Source: Azolla caroliniana
Taxonomy: Eukaryota > Plantae > Polypodiophyta
Assembly: GCA_043228905.1 (NCBI GenBank)
Contig: JBHGNT010000066.1
Location: 73,366 to 137,365, forward strand
Direction: 5' to 3'
Length of the DNA stretch: 64,000 nucleotides
Part shown: positions 55,421 to 64,000 of the stretch, one piece after another
How positions within the stretch are numbered: position 1 is the stretch's first letter
Layout of the letters: the number at the start of each line of letters is the position of its first letter
Translations under genes and position numbers: made by a program
The notes under the pieces: model-generated
Told to the model about the DNA's origin: nothing
Databases searched by the model: none
What the model saw: only the letters and a program-made list of their open reading frames with translations

Positions 55421-58400
55421 TATGAAAAAATCAAGATTTTGAAACTCAGGTCGAGAGACATGACGAAATTAGCAAACATGAGGATTCAGTTGAGAGGAGC
55501 CCTTGACTAAATTAAAATGTTCATACCTGGTGAGTGTGATATCGGATTTTTGTGTACAAACATGCGAATCGAAGCTAACAACGCTAGCTATGATATGGAA
55601 TTAACAAATCAAGATTTTGAAACTCAGGTCGAGAGACATGACGAAATTACCAAATTTGAGGAGTGAGGTTGGAAGAGCCAGTAGGTAAATTAAAATGTTC
55701 ATACCTGGCGAGTGTGATATCGGATTTTTGTGTTCAAACATGCGAATCGAAGCCAACAACGCTAGCTATGATATGGAATTAAAAAATCAAGATTCTGAAA
55801 CTCAGGTCGAGAGACATGACGAAATTACCAAATTTGAGGAGTGAGTTGAGAGGAGCCCTTGAGTAAATTAAAACGTTCATACCTGGCGAGTGTGATATCG
55901 GATTTTTGTGTACAAACATGCGAATCGAAGCTAACAACGCTAGCTATGATATGGAATTAACAAATCAAGATTTTGAAACTCAGGTCGAGAGACATGACGA
56001 AACTAGCAAATTTGAGGAGTGAGGTTGGAAGAGCCAGTACGTAAATTAAAATGTTCATACCTGGCGAGTGTGATATCGGATTTTTGTGTTCAAACATGCG
56101 AATTGAAGCTAGCAACGCTAGCTATGATATGGAATTAAAAAATCAAGATTTTGAAACTCAGGTCGAGAGACATGATGAAATTAACAAACATGAGGGGTGA
56201 GTTGAGAGGAGCCCTTGAGTAAATTAAAATGTTCATACCTGGCGAGTGTGATATCGGATTTTTGTGTTCAAACATGCGAATCGAAGCTAACAACGCTAGC
56301 TATGATATGGACTTCAAAAATAAAGATTTTGAAACTCAGGTCGAGAGAGATGACGAAATTAGCAAACATGAGGAGGGAGTTCAGAGGAACCTTTGAGTAA
56401 ATGAAAATGTTCATACCTGGCTCGTGTGATATCGGATTTTTGTGTTCAAACATGAGAATCGAAGCTAACAACGCTAGCTATGATATGGAATTAACAAATC
56501 AAGATTTTGAAACTCAGGTCGAGAGTCATGACGAACTTAGCAAACATGAGGAGTGAGTTGAGAGGAGCCCTTGAGTAAATTAAAATGTTCATACCTAGCG
56601 AGTGTGATATCGGATTTCTGTGTTCAAACATGCGAATCGAAGCTAACAACGCTAGCTATGATATGGAATTCAAAAATCAAGATTTTGAAACTCAGGTCGA
56701 GAGATATGACGAAATTACCAAATTTGAGGAGTGAGTTGAGAGGAGCCCTTGACTAAATTAAAATGTTCATACCTGGTGAGTGTGATATCGGATTTCTGTG
56801 TACAAACATGCGAATCGAAGCTAACAACGCTAGCTATGATATGGAATTAACAAATCAAGATTTTGAAACTCAGGTCGAGAGACATGACGAACTTAGCAAA
56901 CATGAGGAGTGAGTTGAGAGGAGCCCTTGAGTAAATTAAAATGTTCATACCTAGCGAGTGTGATATCGGATTTCTGTGTTCAAACATGCGAATCGAAGCT
57001 AACAACGCTAGCTATGATATGGAATTCAAAAATCAAGATTTTGAAACTCAGGTCGAGAGACATGACGAAATTAGCAAACATGAGGAGGGAGTTCAGAGGA
57101 ACCATTGAGTAAATTAAAATGTTCATACCTGGCTCGTGTGATATCGGATTTTTGTGTACAAACATGCGATTCGAAGCTAGCAACGCTACCTATGATATGG
57201 AATTCAAAAATCAAGATTTTGAAACTCAGGTCGAGAGACATCACGAAATTACCAAATTTGAGGACTGAGTTGAGAGGAACCCTTGAGTAAATTAAAATGT
57301 TCATACCTGGCGAGTGTGATATCGGATTTTTGTGTACAAACATGCGAATCGAAGCTAACAACGCTAGCTATGATATGGAATTAAAAAATCAAGATTTTGA
57401 AACTCAGGTCGAGAGACATGACGAAATTAGCAAACATGAGAAGTGAGTTGAGAGGAGCCCTTGAGTAAATTAAAATGTTCATACCTGGCGAGTGTGATAT
57501 CGGATTTTTGTGTACAAACATGCGAATCGAAGCTAACAACGCTAGCTAGGATATGGAATTCAAAAATCAAGATTTTAAAACTGAGGTCGAGAGACATGAC
57601 GAAATTAGCAAACATGAGGAGGGAGTTCAGAGGAACCATTGAGTAAATTAAAATGTTCATACCTGGCTCGTGTGATATCGGCTTTTTGTGTTCAAACATG
57701 AGAATCGAAGCTAACAACGCTAGCTATGATATGGTATGAAAAAATCATGATTTTGAAACTCAGGTCGAGAGACATGACGAAATTAGCAAACATGAGGATT
57801 CAGTTGAGAGGAGCCATTGAGTAAATTAAAATGTTCATACCTGGCTCGTGTGATATCGGCTTTTTGTGTTGAAACATGCAAATCGAAGGTAACAACGCTA
57901 GCTATGATATGGAATTAAAAAATCAAGATTTTGAAACTCAGGTCGAGAGACATGACGAAATTAGCAAACATGAGGAAGGAGTTCAGAGGAACCATTGAGT
58001 AAATTAAAATGTTCCTACCTGGCTCGTGTGATATCGGATTTTTGTGTTCAAACATCAGAATCGAAGCTAACAACGCTAGCTATGATATGGAATTCAAAAA
58101 TCAAGATTTTGAAACTCAGGTCGAGAGACATGACGAAATTAGCAAACATGAGGAGTGAGTTGAGAGGAGCCGTTGACTAAATTAAAATGTTCATACCTCG
58201 CGAGTGTGATATCGGATTTTTGTGTACAAACATGCAAATCGAAGCTAACGACGCTAGCTATGATATGGAATTAAAAAATCAAGATTTTAAAACTCAGGTC
58301 GAGAGACATGACGAAATTAGCAAACATGAGGATTCAGTTGAGAGGAGCCATTGAGTAAATTAAAATGTTCATACCTGGCTCGTGTGATATCGGATTTTTG

Positions 58401-60805
58401 TGTTGAAACATGCGAATCGAAGCTAACAACGCTAGCTATGATATGGAATTCAAAAATCAAGATTTTGAAACTCAGGTCGAGAGAGATCACGAAATTAGCA
58501 AACATGAGGAGGGAGTTCAGAGGAACCTTTGAGTAAATTAAAATGTTCATACCTGGCTCGTGTGATATCGGATTTTTGTGTTCAAACATGCGAATCGAAG
58601 CTAACAACGCTAGCTCTGATATGGAATTAACAAATCAAGATTCTGAAACTCAGGTCGATCGACATGACGAACTTAGCAAACATGAGGAGTGAGTTGAGAG
58701 GAGCCCTTGAGTAAATTAAAATGTTCATACCTAGCGAGTGTGATATCGGATTTCTGTGTTCAAACATGCGAATCGAAGCTAACAACGCTAGCTATGATAT
58801 GGAATTCAAAAATCAAGATTTTGAAACTCAGGTCGAGAGACATGACGAAATTACCAAATTTGAGGAGTGAGTTGAGAGGAGCCCTTGAGTAAATTAAAAT
58901 GTTCATACCTGGCGAGTCTGATATCGGATTTTTGTGTACAAACATGTGAATCGAAGCTAACAACGCTAGCTATGATATGAAATTAACAAATCAAGATTTT
59001 GAAACTCAGGTCGAGAGACATGACGAAATTAGCAAACATGAGGATTCAGTTGAGAGGAGCCCTTGACTAAATTAAAATGTTCATACCTAGCGAGTGTGAT
59101 ATCGGATTTTTGTGTACAAACATGCGATTCGAAGCTAGCAACGCTGGCTATGATATGGAACTAAAAAATCAAGATTTTGAAACTCAGGTCGAGAGACATC
59201 ACGAAATTACCAAATTTGAGGAGTGAGTTGAGAGGAGCCCTTGACTAAATTAAAATGTTCATACCTCGCGAGTGTGATATCGGATTTTTGTGTACAAATA
59301 TTGTGAATCGAAGCTAACAACGATAGCTATGATATGGAATTAAAAAATCAAGATTTTGAAACTCAGGTCGAGAGACATGACGAAATTACCAAATTTGAGG
59401 AGTGAGTTGAGAGGAGCCCTTGACTAAATTAAAATGTTCATACCTGGTGAGTGTGATATCGGATTTTTGTGTACAAACATGCGAATCGAAGCTAACAACG
59501 CTAGCTATGATATGGAATTAACAAATCAAGATTTTGAAACTCAGGTCGAGAGACATGACGAAATTACCAAATTTGAGGAGTGAGGTTGGAAGAGCCAGTA
59601 GGTAAATTAAAATGTTCATACCTGGCGAGTGTGATATCGGATTTTTGTGTTCAAACATGCGAATCGAAGCCACCAACGCTAGCTATGATATGGAATTAAA
59701 AAATCAAGATTTTGAAACTCAGGTCGAGAGACATGACGAAATTACCAAATTTGAGGAGTGAGTTGAGAGGAGCCCTTGAGTAAATTAAAATGTTCATACC
59801 TGGCGAGTGTGATATCGGATTTTTGTGTACAAACATGCGAATCGAAGCTAACAACGCTAGCTATGATATGGAATTAACAAATCAAGATTTTGAAACTCAG
59901 GTCGAGATACATGACGAAACTAGAAAATTTGAGGAGTGAGGTTGGAAGAGCCAGTACGTAAATTAAAATGTTCATACCTGGCGAGTGTGATATCGGATTT
60001 TTGTGTTCAAACATGCGAATTGAAGCTAGCAACGCTAGCTATGATATGGAATTAAAAAATCAAGATTTTGAAACTCAGGTCGAAAGACATGATGAAATTA
60101 ACAAACATGAGGGGTGAGTTGAGAGGAGCCCTTGAGTAAATTAAAATGTTCATACCTGGCGAGTGTGATATCGGATTTTTGTGTTCAAACATGCGAATTG
60201 AAGCTAGCAACGCTAGCTATGATATGGAATTAAAAAATCAAGATTTTGAAACTCAGGTCGAGAGACATGATGAAATTAACAAACATGAGGGGTGAGTTGA
60301 GAGGAGCCCTTGAGTAAATTAAAATGTTCATACCTGGCGAGTGTGATATCGGATTTTTGTGTTCAAACATGCGAATCGAAGCTAACAACGCTAGCTATGA
60401 TATGGAATTAACAAATCAAGATTTTGAAACTCAGGTCGAGAGACATGACGAAACTAGAAAATTTGAGGAGTGAGGTTGGAAGAGCCAGTACGTAAATTAA
60501 AATGTTCATACCTGGCTCGTGTGATATCGGATTTTTGTGTTCAAACATGAGAATCGAAGCTAACAACGCTAGCTATGATATGGAATTAACAAATCAAGAT
60601 TTTGAAACTCAGGTCGAGAGACATGACGAAACTAGAAAATTTGAGGAGTGAGGTTGGAAGAGCCAGTACGTAAATTAAAATGTTCATACCTGGCGAGTGT
60701 GATATCGGATTTTTGTGTTCAAACATGCGAATTGAAGCTAGCAACGCTAGCTATGATATGGAATTCAAAAATCAAGATTTTGAAACTCAGGTCGAGAGAC
60801 ATGAT

Positions 60806-63800
60806 GAAATTAACAAACATGAGGGGTGAGTTGAGAGGAGCCCTTGAGTAAATTAAAATGTTCATACCTGGCGAGTGTGATATCGGATTTTTGTGTTCAA
60901 ACATGCGAATCGAAGCTAACAACGCTAGCTATGATATGGAATTAACAAATCAAGATTTTGAAACTCAGGTCGAGAGACATGACGAAACTAGAAAATTTGA
61001 GGAGTGAGGTTGGAAGAGCCAGTACGTAAATTAAAATGTTCATACCTGGCTCGTGTGATATCGGATTTTTGTGTTCAAACATGAGAATCGAAGCTAACAA
61101 CGCTAGCTATGATATGGAATTAACAAATCAAGATTTTGAAACTCAGGTCGAGAGAGATCACGAAATTACCAAATTTGAGGACTGAGTTGAGAGGAACCCT
61201 TGAGTAAATTAAAATGTTCATACCTGGCGAGTGTGATATCGGATTTTTGTGTACAAACATGCGAATCGAAGCTAACAACGCTAGCTATGATATGGAATTA
61301 ACAAATCAAGATTTTGAAACTCAGGTCGAGAGACATGACGAAACTAGCAAATTTGAGGAGTGAGGTTGGAAGAGCCAGTACGTAAATTAAAATGTTCATA
61401 CCTGGCGAGTGTGATATCGGATTTTTGTGTTGAAACATGCGAATCGAAGCTAACAACGCTAGCTATGATATGGAATTCAAAAATCAAGATTTTGAAACTC
61501 AGGTCGAGAGACATGACGAAATTAGCAAACATGAGGATTCAGTTGAGAGGAGCCCTTGACTAAATTAAAATGTTCATACCTAGCGAGTGTGATATCGGAT
61601 TTCTGTGTTCAAACATGCGAATCGAAGCTAACAACGCTAGCTATGATATGGAATTCAAAAATCAAGATTTTGAAACTCAGGTCGAGAGAGATGACGAAAT
61701 TAGCAAACATGAGGAGTGAGTTGAGAGGAGCCCTTGAGTAAATTAAAATGTTCATACCTAGCGAGTGTGATATCGGATTTTTGTGTACAAACATGCGAGT
61801 CGAAGCTAACAACGCTAGCTATGATATGGATTTCAAAAATAAAGATTTTGAAACTGAGATCGAGAGACATGACGAAATTAGCAAACATGAGGAGTGAGTT
61901 GAGAGGAGGCCTTGAGTAAATTAAAATGTTCATACCTAGCGAGTGTGATATCGGATTTTTGTGTACAAACACGCGAATCGAAGCTAACAACGCTAGCTAT
62001 GATATGGAATTCAAAAATCAAGATTTTGAAACTCAGGTCGAGAGACATGACGAAATTAGCAAACATGAGGAGGGAGTTCAGAGGAACCATTGAGTAAATT
62101 AAAATGTTCATACCTGGCTCGTGTGATATCGGCTTTTTGTGTTCAAACATGAGAATCGAAGCTAACAACGCTAGCTATGATATGGTATGAAAAAATCAAG
62201 ATTTTGAAACTCAGGTCGAGAGACATGACGAAATTAGCAAACATGAGGATTCAGTTGAGAGGAGCCATTGAGTAAATTAAAATGTTCATACCTGGCTCGT
62301 GTGATATCGGATTTTTGTGTTGAAACATGCGAATCGAAGGTAACAACGCTAGCTATGATATGGAATTAAAAAATCAAGATTTTGAAACTCAGGTCGAGAG
62401 ACATGACGAAATTAGCAAACATGAGGAAGGAGTTCAGAGGAACCATTGAGTAAATTAAAATGTTCCTACCTGGCTCGTGTGATATCGGATTTTTGTGTTC
62501 AAACATCAGAATCGAAGCTAACAACGCTAGCTATGATATGGAATTCAAAAATCAAGATTTTGAAACTCAGGTCGAGAGACATGACGAAATTAGCAAACAT
62601 GAGGAGTGAGTTGAGAGGAGCCGTTGACTAAATTAAAATGTTCATACCTCGCGAGTGTGATATCGGATTTTTGTGTACAAACATGCGAATCGAAGCTAAC
62701 GACGCTAGCTATGATATGGAATTAAAAAATCAAGATTTTGAAACTCAGGTCGAGAGACATGAGAAAATTACCAAATTTGAGGAGTGAGTTGAGAGGAGCC
62801 CTTGAGTAAATTAAAATGTTCATACCTGGCGAGTGTGATATCGGATTTTTGTGTACAAATATGCGAATCGAAGCTAACAACGCTAGCTATGATATGGAAT
62901 TCAAAAATCAAGATTTTGAAACTCAGGTCGAGAGAGATGACGAAATTAGCAAACATGAGGAGGGAGTTCCGAGGAACCTTTGAGTAAATTAAAATGTTCA
63001 TACCTGGCTCATGTGATATCGGATTTTTGTGTTCAAACATGCGAATCGAAGCTAACAACGCTAGCTATGATATGGAATTAACAAATCAAGATTTTGTAAC
63101 TCAGGTCGAGAGACATGACGAACTTAGCAAACATGAGGAGTGAGTTGAGAGGAGCCCTTGAGTAAATTAAAATGTTCATACCTAGCGAGTGTGATATCGG
63201 ATTTTTGTGTTCAAACATGCGAATAGAAGCTAACAACGCTAGCTATGATATGGAATTCAAAACTCAAGATTTTGAAACTCAGGTCGAGAGACATGACGAA
63301 ATTAGCAAACATGAGGAGGGAGTTCAGAGGAACCATTGAGTAAATTAAAATGTTCATACCTGGCTCGTGTGATATCGGCTTTTTGTGTTCAAACATGAGA
63401 ATCGAAGCTAACAACGCTAGCTATGATATGGTATGAAAAAATCAAGATTTTGAAACTCAGGTCGAGAGACATGACGAAATTAGCAAACATGAGGATTCAG
63501 TTGAGAGGAGCCATTGAGTAAATTAAAATGTTCATACCTGGCTCGTGTGATATCGGATTTTTGTGTTGAAACATGCGAATCGAAGGTAACAACGCTAGCT
63601 ATGATATGGAATTAAAAAATCAAGATTTTGAAACTCAGGTCGAGAGACATGACGAAATTAGCAAACATGAGGAAGGAGTTCAGAGGAACCATTGAGTAAA
63701 TTAAAATGTTCCTACCTGGCTCGTGTGATATCGGATTTTTGTGTTCAAACATCAGAATCGAAGCTAACAACGCTAGCTATGATATGGAATTCAAAAATCA

Positions 63801-64000
63801 AGATTTTGAAACTCAGGTCGAGAGACATGACGAAATTAGCAAACATGAGGAGTGAGTTGAGAGGAGCCGTTGACTAAATTAAAATGTTCATACCTCGCGA
63901 GTGTGATATCGGATTTTTGTGTACAAACATGCGAATCGAAGCTAACGACGCTAGCTATGATATGGAATTAAAAAATCAAGATTTTGAAACTCAGGTCGAG
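60806..64000 (+). repeat. Second copy of the 41931-45303 block, including the 1,246-bp 7-mer (runs off the window end)
   Basis: 62446/63692 = 1246. Same markers as 43143-45867 but without the extra monomer. Confidence 0.9.

Larger units (their letters stand above)
1..64000 (+). repeat. 178-bp tandem satellite array (~360 monomers, single orientation, continues past both window ends)
   Basis: The motif cgagaga[c/g]atga recurs at 1, 178, 356, 534, 712 and so on to the end of the window. ORF-track starts are spaced by multiples of 178 (e.g. 6092/6270, 11603/11781/11959). No non-repeat sequence seen. Confidence 0.99.

Noticed and set aside
2830-63877. More than 200 short ORFs on both strands (MSKLKCSYL..., MLASIRMF...)
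   Set aside because: They are translations of the 178-bp repeat, mostly from TTG/GTG starts, overlap on both strands, and appear or disappear with single SNPs such as ttaa/ttca. I recognise no domain and see no codon-level constraint.
1-64000. CRISPR array or repeat/variable-cassette system
   Set aside because: There are no unique spacers; variable positions are a few recurring alleles. No cas, reverse transcriptase or recombinase genes are present.
1-64000. Identity with Arabidopsis CEN178, Brassica CentBr or alpha satellite; CENP-B box
   Set aside because: Only the length is similar. I recognise no sequence similarity and found no TTCGnnnnAnnCGGG motif. Not verified by database search.
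1-64000. 5S rDNA, tRNA or snRNA tandem array; telomeric repeat
   Set aside because: No 5S or tRNA conserved sequence or structure recognised, and no TTTAGGG/TTAGGG tracts.
1-64000. Hidden transposon insertion or strand inversion
   Set aside because: Every stretch read conforms to the + orientation monomer, and the spacing deviations I checked are explained by small indels (-1, +1, +3, -6, -39, -46, -77).

Overview
The whole 64 kb window is one uninterrupted, single-orientation, head-to-tail satellite DNA array of about 360 copies of a 178-bp monomer. Approximate consensus: cgagagacatgacgaaattagcaaacatgaggagtgagttgagaggagcccttgagtaaattaaaatgttcatacctggcgagtgtgatatcggatttttgtgttcaaacatgcgaatcgaagctaacaacgctagctatgatatggaattcaaaaatcaagattttgaaactcaggt (hand count: about 39% GC, about 60% purine on + strand, 7 CpG). 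Monomer size and organisation are typical of eukaryotic, plant-like centromeric, pericentromeric or subtelomeric satellites, but I cannot name the family or species. I see no genes, RNA genes, CRISPR array, transposon or inversion; all ORFs in the track are translations of the repeat. The information lies in the variant pattern: local higher-order repeats (4-, 7-, 9-, 11-, 13- and 16-mer units), long-range block duplications (offsets 14,472, 18,875 and 29,893 bp), short tracts apparently copied between subfamily domains, deletion scars (39, 46 and 77 bp), and an apparent excess of variants that turn quasi-palindromes into perfect palindromes. All comparisons were done by eye plus arithmetic on the ORF track, so boundaries are approximate.
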